Source: Tetramitus jugosus
Lineage: Eukaryota; Protista; Heterolobosea
Length of the DNA: 64,000 nt
Assembly: GCA_937625935.1 (NCBI GenBank)
Contig: OW569348.1
Coordinates: 372,001-436,000 of the forward strand
Direction: 5' to 3'
A program made the translations under genes and the position numbers. Positions 31,426 through 42,141 of this stretch are shown here, piece after piece (the first letter of the stretch is position 1; every line of letters begins with the position of its first letter). Under the pieces are notes generated by a model. That model had not been told where the DNA came from. It searched no databases and saw only the letters and a list, made by a program, of their open reading frames with translations.

Positions 31426-34212
31426 TTATTTTATCAGGTTGTATTCGGTTTTCTCTTGCTCATCGATGATTCTGAGTAGAGTTCTTCTCCCATTTGAGTC
31501 GTATAGGCTGCTCGACCACAACAAGTTCAATTCTCTTTCTTCTGTTTCGTGACCATCTCTGCAACGAACGAATTGGGACTCAATCCTCACCGTTTTCTCT
31601 GGTTCTCTAGTCTTGGTTGATATCTTCGTTGGAGAGAGTGGGGATGTGCTAGGATCCCGGCCACTGTTCACAATGTCTAGGTGTAGGGACAAGTTCGCAC
31701 GTTCTGCTCGAATCATTTGACGCAACTCTCTAATATAGACAGTGACATCCAATTCCAGACTCTTTCCTAAGCTTTGATAGGGTATGAATCTATTCTGCTC
31801 AGTGTCATCTCCAAGATCCTGATCATTAGTTTCTAAGAATTCATTCTTACGAAGAAATCTTTGAATACTATTGACTAGTTGTCTGCTCCAATACTCTAGT
31901 TGTCTTCTATGGGGTCCAGGGAGCTTGTCAAATCGATATTGAAGTAATCTGAAAAACTCTAGAGTGTTGACAAAGTCAGTGAAAACTGATAGTTGTATGA
32001 CTGAATCTCCTTCATCTTCAATTCGAAGCTGCACAACCTGGTTAATCGCATTCAGCTTGTTGAAGAAGTTATCCCAATCAAAGTTTGAGGACCAACTACC
32101 CAGCGTTCTACTTAATTGTTCAAAGTATGTAGGGACATTAAACGTATGTTGGAGGAATGATTTCGCATTTTCTCTATTGATGTCGTTTGTTCTTTTGGGG
32201 GAAGACTTTGACTCTAATGAAGGGGCTGGAACCTTAATAGTTGAATGAGTAGAGGGTTCATGAATTACCAGTCTCTCTTTTGTTTCATTCCCTGGTATCA
32301 ATACCTTCGTCTTCTCAGTTTTGTCATTCGAAGTGTTTTGAACAGGGAATTCTTCCTTCCCCCCATCTATTGGATGTTCGACATCGGGAAGAGAACCTCT
32401 GTTACTTAGTTTTTCTTCGACTGAATCCTGCTTGATGAAAGGTGTCAAGTTCGATTCTTTCGTTACTACATTAAGCGGGAAGTGGTGATTCTCCTTACTC
32501 TCGAATTTTTCTTCGACTACTTCACTCTTCGGTCGAATGGTGGCCTTAAACAGTTTATCAGGTTGAGAAAATACGAAATCGTCCTGGGAGAGCTCTAAAA
32601 GGGTAGGAATGTACGGTTGAGGTATGTAATTGTCAAGATCAAAGCTCGAATTGGAATCAAAACTTTCGTCGTTCACGCTCAGATCAACTTCCCTGTTTTC
32701 TGTGGTTGGGTGTTGTTCTGCGACTGTGTCAAGGAGGACAGAACGTCGCTCTCCCACTCCTTTCTCTTAGTGAGAAAAACTTTGTACTTCATCTCTAAAT
32801 CTTTTCCTTTTTTCTCTTCCACTTCCAACGCTCGCATAAGACTTTGAAACAGACACTCTTCAGAGCAAGTTTTAATTTGATTGATGAACTCTAAGTATTT
32901 TGCGAAACTTACTAGTAGTCTTTGGTTTCTAATGCCTGGATAAGTATCTGTCTTATTACAGAGAGAATAATTACTACTTACTCTGTTGTGACGTTGCTCC
33001 CTAAGTTTCTTTCAAAAAAATCGAAGACTTTTTCGGTTTGAAGTTGATACCAATCTCCTATCTGATTTGATGGAATGTCCTCAATTTGAATGAGATTCAT
33101 GTTTCCTAGTTCGTTTATGATTGATAGTCCCTTCTGTACTGTCAACCTTGGGTCAGTATCGACTTCTTCACTAAGATTTTTCGTAAGATGATTAAGGTTC
33201 TCTCTATTCATTCCCGACGTTCCTTGGTCTGAGTTCTTTGTCGTGATGACAAGCAAGGCTCTGCTGCATACAAACCAATAGTAGGAAACCAAAGAAAACT
33301 CTCCAGTAATAAATTTACTGAACAACTCAACCTCCCAATTAGAGCTCCTATATCGATTGATTCCGACCATCATATCTAACCATCCCAAATCTGCTACACT
33401 CTTGTATTCATACTTTGTTTGTAATATGGTGTACAAGATAAGGGATACTGAGTAGCTATCCGCGAAAAATTCTTCCTTTGTACTCTGAAAGAGTGCATAA
33501 CTATACTCATACAACTTTTTTCTATCTTGTTCGTCAAACAATTCCCAAGTTTCATATTCAATTCGAAGAAAGACAAATGAAGCATACCTTGTTCATGAGA
33601 GTCCTCATCCATCGAATGGACTTTGCAGGCCTTAACTTATTCAATCCTGAAGGTAAATGTTCAATCATTAGTTGATTCACTTCATTTGTCTGTTGCCTCT
33701 TTCCTGATGGAGAGACTAATTGGAGCACTGTAAACCATTTCGAGCAAACGTTGTTTGGTCGATCGAACCAACTTACTCTGAGTGTCACTGCCGTTCGGTG
33801 TAAATTGCATGAAGTTTTTCTCTCGATACGGTGATTTCTCGAAACCATCTTTCCATATCCACAATTCTTCTTGTTTAATCAATGGACCCCTCTGATTAAC
33901 ATGATCGGATTCTTTTGATCGAGTATCTCCCATCCTCTGATTACCAATTTCAGATTTGCTTAGTGGTAAACTGCTCTCGGGCTTGGCTCGAACAAATGAT
34001 CCCTTAGCAATTCCTTTGTCTGTTATCAGGAATTCTGAATATTGAGGAGAAGATAACACAAAATTACTTCTTTGAGTTGTTTCTTTCGACTTTTCTTGAA
34101 GACCTTTAATCTTTAGATACATGTCTTCAAATCTTTGATCAGTCTCGCTATATTCACTATTTCCTTCACTCACCCACTCATCCTGGTCATTTTGTTTCCT
34201 TAAACTGATCAT
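31426..34212 (-). CDS. Multi-exon hypothetical protein with a TSNAXIP1-like (cilia-associated) segment; tentative exons 34212-33777, 33646-33588, 33514-32982, 32928-~32787, ~32692-31426
   Basis: GTAAGT (33776), GTATGC (33587) and GTAAGT (32981) donors join consecutive ORFs in frame. AKSIRWMRTLMNK..ILQTKYEYKSVAD..RYRSSNWEVELFSKFITGE resembles the TSNAXIP1-type motif. The last junction is uncertain. Confidence 0.55.
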
Positions 34213-34325
34213 TCTACTCTTTGGTTTTCTCGCGAACAAATTGTGCTCCAGAACTGTAGTTAGTCGTCCGTCGTTTTAGAAGCTTTTTCCCGAACACATT
34301 CCATCCGGAGACATCAGAAAAAACC

Positions 34326-35615
34326 ATGACAACAACAACAATTGCACAACCACTACGAGTGGCACAAGCAAAGCACATTTGGCTGCGAGATGAAGTGAAA
34401 CCAAACGAACAACGTACTGCTCTAACTCCACATTGCATCCAACAGTTGATCCAAGCAGGTTTCCAAGTCACTGTCGAAAGAAGCAAAACCCGCATCTTTC
34501 CAGATGATCAATATGAGCAGATTGAAGGTGTTCAACTGGTGCCAAGCAACCATTGGATTGACCATGCACCAAACGCACAATCTCTGCCTCACACATTGGT
34601 GGTTGGACTCAAGGAACTTGCCACTAGGAAACAAGAGCCATATTTGCTGTTGAACAATGAAGAAGAAGACGACAACAACAACAACAACAAGATGTTTTCC
34701 ATTGCACAGAGACATGTATTGTTTGCTCACTGTTACAAGGGTCAGAGCAACTGGAGAGAGAATATTGATCGATTTGCGAGTGTCAATGGTGAGATTCTAG
34801 ATCTAGAGTTTCTCAATTGGGACAATGGTAGAAGAGTGGCTGCGTTTGGAGTAGCTGCCGGTTATGCTGGAATGGCTGTTGGTCTCATTGTCTGGGCACG
34901 TCAGCAATTGGCTCTCAAGAATGGAACAGCAATGAGCATTGAAAAGTTGCATCCGTACCTTCAAAAGGAAGATCTCATTTCAGAGATTCGATCGTTGCTT
35001 GATCAAGTGGGCAGAATACCAAAGGTGTTGGTTATTGGTGCATTGGGTAGATGTGGCAAGGGATCGATCGATCTGGCAGAGTCTGTCGGTGTGTCAGGTG
35101 ATGACAATCTGGTCAAGTGGGACATGGAGGAAACAAAGAGAGGTGGTCCATTCCCAGAGTTGCTCAATGTCGATATTTTGGTGAATGACATTTATTTGAT
35201 GGGCAAGATTGCTCCATTCCTAACCAAGCAAATGATTGACGAGGCACCGCAGAGAAGATTAACAGTGTTTGTGGATGTAAGTTGCGATGTCGGCAATCCA
35301 AATAATCCATTGAATCTGATTGATGATATCACAACATTTGACGTACCATCGAGAAGAATTGTAGAAGCGAATGAATCGACACAACCACTAGATGTGATTG
35401 CCATTGACCATTTGCCTTCCTTGACGCCCAAGGAGAGTTCTATTGACTTTTGTTCTCAGCTATTGGAACACATTTTGAACTTGAAGGATGTAGATTTTTC
35501 GCTGCCAGTGACAGAAAGCAGTGGTAGTGATCTGAACGAAGGAACTGAAGCTCAGAGAGTTTGGACCAGAGCAAGAGCGCTATATGTCAAAAAAGTGAAC
35601 GAAAGCAAGAACTAA
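34326..35615 (+). CDS. LYS1: Saccharopine dehydrogenase (NAD+, L-lysine-forming)
   Basis: HIWLRDEVKPNEQRTALTP, VGLKEL, FAHCYKGQ, DLEFL..NGRRVAAFG, VIGALGRCGKG, WDMEETKRGGPF, DVSCD..NPNNP, IDHLPSL.P.ESS. Confidence 0.95.
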   Translation: MTTTTIAQPLRVAQAKHIWLRDEVKPNEQRTALTPHCIQQLIQAGFQVTVERSKTRIFPDDQYEQIEGVQLVPSNHWIDHAPNAQSLPHTLVVGLKELATRKQEPYLLLNNEEEDDNNNNNKMFSIAQRHVLFAHCYKGQSNWRENIDRFASVNGEILDLEFLNWDNGRRVAAFGVAAGYAGMAVGLIVWARQQLALKNGTAMSIEKLHPYLQKEDLISEIRSLLDQVGRIPKVLVIGALGRCGKGSIDLAESVGVSGDDNLVKWDMEETKRGGPFPELLNVDILVNDIYLMGKIAPFLTKQMIDEAPQRRLTVFVDVSCDVGNPNNPLNLIDDITTFDVPSRRIVEANESTQPLDVIAIDHLPSLTPKESSIDFCSQLLEHILNLKDVDFSLPVTESSGSDLNEGTEAQRVWTRARALYVKKVNESKN

Positions 35616-35665
35616 TACATTGTCAAATGCACTCACCATACTGATTATTTATGCTTTAATTTAAA

Positions 35666-36973
35666 TTATTGGGCTTCTGTCTTTTGTTTTTTCGTTGGTG
35701 GTTCGTTGCTATTGGAATCTGCTGATTCTTCTTGTTTCCTTGTGAGTACCGAGGAATTGCCTTGGTCAGTAGTTTGCTTCGTAGAAGGTTCTGACTGTGG
35801 TCCATATTGTTTCAAAATGTCAATCATCTCTGCATGTACCTTACTCTGTGACACTCTTTTGAACACTGGATTGTTTGACGTTGGATGCTCATACATTTTT
35901 GATATAATGTATTTGGTGTTGATATCGAATCCGCAAAATCTCTCCACATAACTAATCAACTTTAGGGCACAATCTGCTCTGGGGAGTGGATCGGGTTGGA
36001 AGATGGAAGGATTCCACAGTGCACCACGTGCAGTCATCACCGCATCGCACTTGTACAAGTTTCGAATCGTTTCAAAATCGTCATACTTGAAGCAGTCTCC
36101 ATTCGCAATCAACGGTATATTCACCACACTCTTAATTTGTTCCAGGTAGTGCAAGTGAGCAGGATCTCTCGATCTCTGATCAATAAATCTCGCATGAACC
36201 GCAAGTGCAGTGACACCAGTCTGTTCAATCGACTTGACCAAATCAATCGTATCACTCATATTGTCCAACAATCGAATCTTGCAAGTCACTGGCTTATCCA
36301 TACTCTGCACCAATCCCTTGAGAATGGAACAAAGACGTTCTCTGTCTTTCAATAGAGCTGCACCCATTCCTCCACTCACAGAAAAGTGCTTGGGACAACC
36401 ACAGTTCACATCAATCACATCATAATCCAAATACATGTGCTTTGCTGTCTGAACTGCCAAATCAACAGTCGATGTTCCAATCTGAAGAACCAATGGCTTG
36501 GTTTCCAGTGTTGGACTCGTTTGAAACACTGGTTTTGGTCTCTGGAGTAGCTTTGCTAGTTTTTTGTTGGGTTGGAACTCTGAAGAGTTGTTGCTGACAT
36601 GAGATTGAAACTTTGCCTTTTCAATTTCTAGTTGTTTTCGAGCTCGATTCACTCGTTCCAAATCACTGCTGTCCACATATTCGACGCACTGTAGCTCAGG
36701 ATGGATCACACGGTGCGTGCGGACCAATTTTTTGTCGATTAGCTCTTCGCTGTAGACGACATCGGCGCCAAAGTCGTTGGCGACCATGTAGCGAAAGGGG
36801 AGTTGGTTGACGCGGACCATTGGCGCCAAAATTTTGGTATGGTGATACATGTCGGAGATTTGTTGCGGCGTCAATTTTTGTCGTACCATTGTTTCATTGT
36901 CCGCATGAATGAGCTCGTCTATGGTTGGATCGTCATTGTGCGCATTATTGTTGTCAGTCGTTGATGTTGTCAT
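35666..36973 (-). CDS. DUS2: tRNA-dihydrouridine synthase 2-like
   Basis: ILAPMVRV..LPFR, ADVVYSEELID, LVLQIGT, IDVNCGCPKHFSVSGGMGAALL, PVTCKIR, AVHAR, IANGD, MTARGALWNPSIF. Likely ATG at 36973. Confidence 0.93.
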   Translation of the reverse strand: MTTSTTDNNNAHNDDPTIDELIHADNETMVRQKLTPQQISDMYHHTKILAPMVRVNQLPFRYMVANDFGADVVYSEELIDKKLVRTHRVIHPELQCVEYVDSSDLERVNRARKQLEIEKAKFQSHVSNNSSEFQPNKKLAKLLQRPKPVFQTSPTLETKPLVLQIGTSTVDLAVQTAKHMYLDYDVIDVNCGCPKHFSVSGGMGAALLKDRERLCSILKGLVQSMDKPVTCKIRLLDNMSDTIDLVKSIEQTGVTALAVHARFIDQRSRDPAHLHYLEQIKSVVNIPLIANGDCFKYDDFETIRNLYKCDAVMTARGALWNPSIFQPDPLPRADCALKLISYVERFCGFDINTKYIISKMYEHPTSNNPVFKRVSQSKVHAEMIDILKQYGPQSEPSTKQTTDQGNSSVLTRKQEESADSNSNEPPTKKQKTEAQ

Positions 36974-37306
36974 TTTGTGTTTTGTTTGTTTGAGTGTTTG
37001 TGCAAGACAAGAAGCCAAATTGAATTCGCGAAACAATTTTGCACTTGCCGATTGAAGCTTCATTTCTGAGTTTCTTGCATCCGATAATGCTGAAGCACTA
37101 TTGATTCCCATAATGATTCGGACTTGATTGTATTCACCCCAGACACGGATACTTTCGTTCTTTGGGTAAGTGATAGTCGAAATAAGGAAAAAGGAGGATT
37201 CATCATACTCCTCGGAAATGCTGAGTGACTCTTGGAACAGGAATGCAACCCGAGAGCTCGACCAAAAAATTCCACACATTCTTATTCCCAAACAACAACA
37301 ACAAAC

Positions 37307-37879
37307 ATGACTAACAACACAACAATGCAACAACAATCGTCCAGCAACAACAATACCAACAACAAAAAAGATGAACGAGTCAACAAAATACTTCATGACT
37401 TGGAGACACTCATCTATTTGGTCGATGACGAAACAGAAACGATGACGAATACCCAAAATGACAGCAACAATGCCAAGAACCCTGACGATGATATGTCATT
37501 GAACATTGTTGCTCCCACTCTCAATAGTAAGCGCCGATTTCACACGAGGCGAAGAAGTCAGAGCTTGTCACACTTTGGCGCCAACAACAATTCTGATAGT
37601 AGTTCAGACTTTGTTTCAAATGATAGTCAACAACAACAACAACAACAGCACGAAGAGTCACACAACAAGGTACAGAACAGCCAACTATCGTCTTCACCTT
37701 CTTCTACCATTAAGGAGCGAAAGGAGAATGCACTCAAGGCTGTGGTGAGTTCAAGAAAGAGACGATGGACAATTCAGGGAGGGACAGCAGCTGCTGTTGC
37801 CAGAAACAACCACGTGGACATTGAAAAGATTTTGGTCAAGCAGACAAACGGGAATGAAAGAGTGCTCGTGATCCGATGA
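37307..37879 (+). CDS. Hypothetical low-complexity protein (~190 aa)
   Basis: ATG after an AC-rich leader, N/Q tracts typical of real genes here, RRRSQSL and RKRRWT basic motifs. No family recognised. Confidence 0.55.
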   Translation: MTNNTTMQQQSSSNNNTNNKKDERVNKILHDLETLIYLVDDETETMTNTQNDSNNAKNPDDDMSLNIVAPTLNSKRRFHTRRRSQSLSHFGANNNSDSSSDFVSNDSQQQQQQQHEESHNKVQNSQLSSSPSSTIKERKENALKAVVSSRKRRWTIQGGTAAAVARNNHVDIEKILVKQTNGNERVLVIR

Positions 37880-38042
37880 CAATGGTCATTGAAGCATGAG
37901 CGAACAACAACTCACTTGTACATACGATCATCCATTTTGTAAATAGTAAACATAGCACACATTCCAAGACAGTGACACTGATAGTCTTATTATTTTTGCT
38001 TCGCCTTGCATCTGGAAAAATAGAAAACCAATTGATCAAAAG

Positions 38043-38342
38043 ATGAGCACGATAACAAACAATGCCCTGAGATCAAAAGTCATACGCTTGTATTTGGACT
38101 TACTGTTTACTTCAAAGGATGTGTACGCACAAATGCCTCTGTCCGAGAGAAGAAATCGCATCAAAAAAGCATTCCTGAAGAATGCAGATTTGAAGGACGA
38201 GAAACAGATCTCAGAAGCGCTGAACCGAGGATATTATGTACAGAAGGAGATGGAGGCTTTAATTGACTTGAGTAAATATCGAACCATGAAGCGTCGATAC
38301 TATAATCCATCGTCAATATTGGAAGAAGAGCTGAAATCATGA
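38043..38342 (+). CDS. ETFRF1: LYR-motif protein, ETFRF1/LYRM5-like
   Basis: LRSKVIRLYLDLL...IKKAFLKN..LKDEKQI...RGYYVQKEMEALIDLSKYRTMKRRYY closely follows LYRM5. Confidence 0.88.
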   Translation: MSTITNNALRSKVIRLYLDLLFTSKDVYAQMPLSERRNRIKKAFLKNADLKDEKQISEALNRGYYVQKEMEALIDLSKYRTMKRRYYNPSSILEEELKS

Positions 38343-38378
38343 TAGATTTCTCTTGCTCACGAATCATCCAGTTTTATT

Positions 38379-39987
38379 TCAGCTTGAAAATGTTTGGATC
38401 GAGAGAGAAGGTGACACGATTGAGGAGTCGGCGATACGTTGCTGATTCACGTACAGTTTCAATGGTACATAAACCCTAATTGTATGATATTGACACAAAG
38501 TATTGCTATCACTATTATTACTGCCGTTGTCGCTGCTATCGATTGTTGTTTTGTTTTTGTTGCTCTTGAATACGGATGAATCAAATGTGATTGACTCCAT
38601 TCGCGGATCTGGTATCGATATGAGGTCATTGTCTCGGATCGTTGTTCCATGCATGTTGTAGATTGAGAGAGTACAAAATTGAGCGTTTTTGTCCACTACC
38701 AAGTAAACGCTGCGCATGTGAAAGTGATAAGAACAGTTAGTCATTCAAGATCCTCTCTGAATCAAGTCAAATATTAGTAATAATGTTAAACAACACACTT
38801 ACAGTGGTAGAGAAGTCGGGGTACTGAGCATCCTGATGACTCTGACAGTGAGTACCTTGTTCAGACATGGAGATGATAAACACTGTTCCACTTCAGAAAG
38901 TGTGACATCTTGTAAGCGGTTCTGAACTGAACAGTTGATAGTCTTTGGGAACTTGGATAGTGTTGCCTTTAGCTCCTTTTGTGACAGTTTACCCTATTGA
39001 TATCATTGCATTGGCTACATTAGTGATGATGCTGAAGTTATAATGTTGCTGTACAATATCTCTACATACCTTTGATTGTATCAGTTGCACAGATTGAGTT
39101 ATCAATTGCTCAATTTCTTGCAACTGTGTTGTACATTGCACAAGTGATGGATCAAGCTCTAAAGCCTTTTGGAATCCATGATAAGCTTCCTCATATCTCT
39201 CCAAATGTTTCAAAATCGTGGATCGGTTATAGTGCAAGTCCGGATCAGTTGCCGTACTTGGGCTCATCTCTGCCTTCTTGAATGCAGACAAAGATCGATC
39301 CAAATCCTCAATGTTCAACGAGTAGGCAATGTAGTGACTCAGATATGCATTTGCCAAAACATACCATGACTCTCCGTCCGACATGTCCAACTTGATTGCT
39401 TCTTTTGCTTTGGCCACACTCTCTTTGAGATTCTCTACTCTCATCTTTTGTAGCAATTGTTGCCTGACCATGGCAGGCATATGTTTTCTTTCATCTGCAC
39501 TGATTTGCAGCGTTGGATCAATTAACCTCAGGACTCTGGACAACTCTCGTAATGAGATCTTGTTGTTACATAGGGATAGAGCTGTTGAATAACAATTCTT
39601 GGCGCCAATGAGGTCATTCTTCTTCCAGAGGCAATGACCAAGCACATTCCACGCGTCCATCAATTGAGGATTCAATTTGACAGCTCTAGACAGTGCTTCT
39701 TCAGCGTCCTTGTTATACTCTTGGAACACCTCTTGTGCCTTTCCTCTCAGATAGTAAATCTTGGCTCTCTGTTCACTGCTGAGCAAATCGGAGCTATGAG
39801 AAAGATTGCTTGGAGAGCTAGCTTGACTCCAGTCTGGTAATTGAACCAAGATGGCTTGAACTTTGTTGTGAAGAAACTTTTGCTTTTCTTCGACCGAGTA
39901 GTGGTGTGTTTGTTGGAGCCATTGATACAGTTCATTCACTTGTTGCTCAATTGAGTCGGAGGTGCCTGCATTGTTATCCATTGTCAT
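38379..39987 (-). CDS. TTC5: Tetratricopeptide repeat protein 5 (TPR + OB fold); exons 39987-39070, 38993-38803, 38709-38379
   Basis: AEEALSRAVKLNPQLMDAWNVLGHCLWKK, AKEAIKLDMSDGESWYVLANAY, PDLHYNR, SK|GK. C-terminal LSIYN...ISIPDP...IRVYVPLKLYVN. Canonical splice sites. Confidence 0.9.
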
Positions 39988-40410
39988 TTTGCTTTCCTAG
40001 TTCTCTTCTGCGTGTTTCGCAATCACAAGCAGAGAATTTTCAGCGGGAAATTCCATCCCGCCATAAAGTGGCTACAGTTCTCACCTGCAAGTTGCTGACA
40101 CAACGATCATCTCTCAGAAAGGAGTCAACTAAGGTGCCATGCACCTAGTACACATTTTCATTCCTCCACGCTCTTGCTCCTTATCTAAAAAAATCAAACC
40201 CAAAAGATAGTTTTGGGGTCTTGCTGTTTCACCGACATTCTCCCAAGCAAAAATCAACGACAACCACCAGAAAATCGCTTTCGATATTCTACATACACAA
40301 AGTGCCGCCGAATCAATCAAACCATCAGCATCATCAAATATCTCTCCCTATTCGATCTCAAACACACAACAACAAACAACAAGCAATAAACAACAAATAA
40401 AACAATCATC

Positions 40411-41877
40411 ATGATGAGCAGCAATGCCACCAGTAGCAACCCAACCACTCCCAAAAAACAATCATTGATTGGAAAGTTGTTCAAACGAACACCATCCACC
40501 AGCTCCTCAGCACTAGACAATACGATACCTCATGAGATGCAAGATGAAGAATTCTTGCGATTACAAGAAGAGAGTCGATTGCGTCAAAAGCAACTCATTG
40601 CTGAGAGTCTTCGGAAATCGAGTCACAACACTGATGCGATGCAACGAGAGAAGCACATTGCCAATTCGTTGAACACGATGAAGTCACTGGTCAGTCACTT
40701 GCAAGAAAAGTTTCCAGAGAGTGCCACTCTCACTGAAACCAATCTACCAGGCAATGAGATTGTTGGTCCATTGATATCCAAGGACGTTAGACATCAGATT
40801 GTCAAGGGAATACCACCATCTCTCAGAGGACCTCTGTGGAAATTTTTTATTGGAAACAAGCTCATGTTGAATCGAAATTTGTTTCAAATTTATTCCAATG
40901 TGGCGATCCCTGATGCGGCAAAGAATGGAATGGTGAGTCACGAGCCGAAGCGATTGAACTTTGATATTGATTTGGAGAGAACGTTTCCTGCTCTGAAATT
41001 CTTTCAAAAGGGAGGTCCCATGTATCATAGCTTTGTCTCTGTTTTGGAGTGTTATGTGAAGATGAGACCTGATGTTGGTTATGTACAGGGAATGTCCTAT
41101 CTGGTTGCGATGCTATTGTTGTACCTGGATGAGTTTGATGCGTTCATGTGTCTCGGTAATATGATACAGAATGGTTGTCTGTATGGATTGTACAAGATGG
41201 ACAGTGTAGATACAGTGGTGTCCAAGTTTGATCGTGTTTTGAAAGAGTTGTACCCTCATTTATCACAATGGGCCAAGAGGATAAAAGATGAGTACAATAT
41301 GAACATTATACAAGTAGTGATTGTAGATTGGTTTTTCACATTGTTTAGCAGGAGTTTGCCATTGGATATTGCTGCTCGATTATGGGACAATTATTTCCTG
41401 TGGTCATGCTGTGCCTATTGCAAGATGGGACTCAAGGACAATGCTCAAAAAATATCTCCAACAGTGAGTTTAACGATGCTAGGAGGCGAATATTACTTGT
41501 TTTCGGCCGCAATGGGAACGCTTCTTTACTTTGAGAAGAATTGTGAAATGTTGAAAATGGATCTGGACGTTGTTTTGTACTTTTTATCTCATGTAGCTCA
41601 CTTCCATACATTGAGTGATTTGACGGACGATGATGATCGCAATCGGTCCAGTCAAGACTCGAGTAGCACAGAAAACACAGCCCCTCCTAGATCCAATATG
41701 GAAACACGAGTCTTAAAGTTCCTCATGGATGGAAGAAGGGCAAACAAAGGCGGCAAATTATCAGGTAAGGATTACGAGTTGTTTGATGAGGCTGCATTGT
41801 TTGCTTCCATCGAGAATGTACAAAGCAAAATGACCCGAAAGAAGTTTTTAAAGTTTTGCAACGTCACGACTCAGTAA
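40411..41877 (+). CDS. TBC-domain Rab GTPase-activating protein (TBC1D12/14-like)
   Basis: GIPPSLRGPLWKFFIGN, IDLERTFP (R finger), RPDVGYVQGMSY (Q finger), DWFFTLFSRSLPLDIAARLWD. Confidence 0.92.
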   Translation: MMSSNATSSNPTTPKKQSLIGKLFKRTPSTSSSALDNTIPHEMQDEEFLRLQEESRLRQKQLIAESLRKSSHNTDAMQREKHIANSLNTMKSLVSHLQEKFPESATLTETNLPGNEIVGPLISKDVRHQIVKGIPPSLRGPLWKFFIGNKLMLNRNLFQIYSNVAIPDAAKNGMVSHEPKRLNFDIDLERTFPALKFFQKGGPMYHSFVSVLECYVKMRPDVGYVQGMSYLVAMLLLYLDEFDAFMCLGNMIQNGCLYGLYKMDSVDTVVSKFDRVLKELYPHLSQWAKRIKDEYNMNIIQVVIVDWFFTLFSRSLPLDIAARLWDNYFLWSCCAYCKMGLKDNAQKISPTVSLTMLGGEYYLFSAAMGTLLYFEKNCEMLKMDLDVVLYFLSHVAHFHTLSDLTDDDDRNRSSQDSSSTENTAPPRSNMETRVLKFLMDGRRANKGGKLSGKDYELFDEAALFASIENVQSKMTRKKFLKFCNVTTQ

Positions 41878-42141
41878 TAAATGACTGCACTAAAAGTTGG
41901 ATCACATTAAGCGAGTCCGTGGACCAATGTTATCATTTCTGATCTTGTCGTTTTTTGATATTCAATGCTTCTATTTCCCCTTCACCCACCCTCACCTGTC
42001 ATTATTGTCCAACGAAAACAAAGCGCTTTTTTGTTTGTGCTGAAAAACTGCAACCAACCTTCTTTTTTTGTTGTTATCAGAACAATCCTACAAACACATT
42101 GTACATCATCATCCTCAACAACCAAACAACCAATACATAAG

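Noticed and set aside
33647-33690. Possible TGA readthrough before a 34-nt intron
   Set aside because: A canonical GTAAGT donor at 33776 joins the same acceptor in frame and removes the stop, so no recoding is needed.
36974-37456. N-terminal extensions in the ORF track (DUS2 to 37456; likewise ERG4 to 2528, SCaMC to 5179, dNMP kinase to 20935)
   Set aside because: They run through promoters or neighbouring genes, mostly from TTG/GTG codons. Downstream ATGs have better context.
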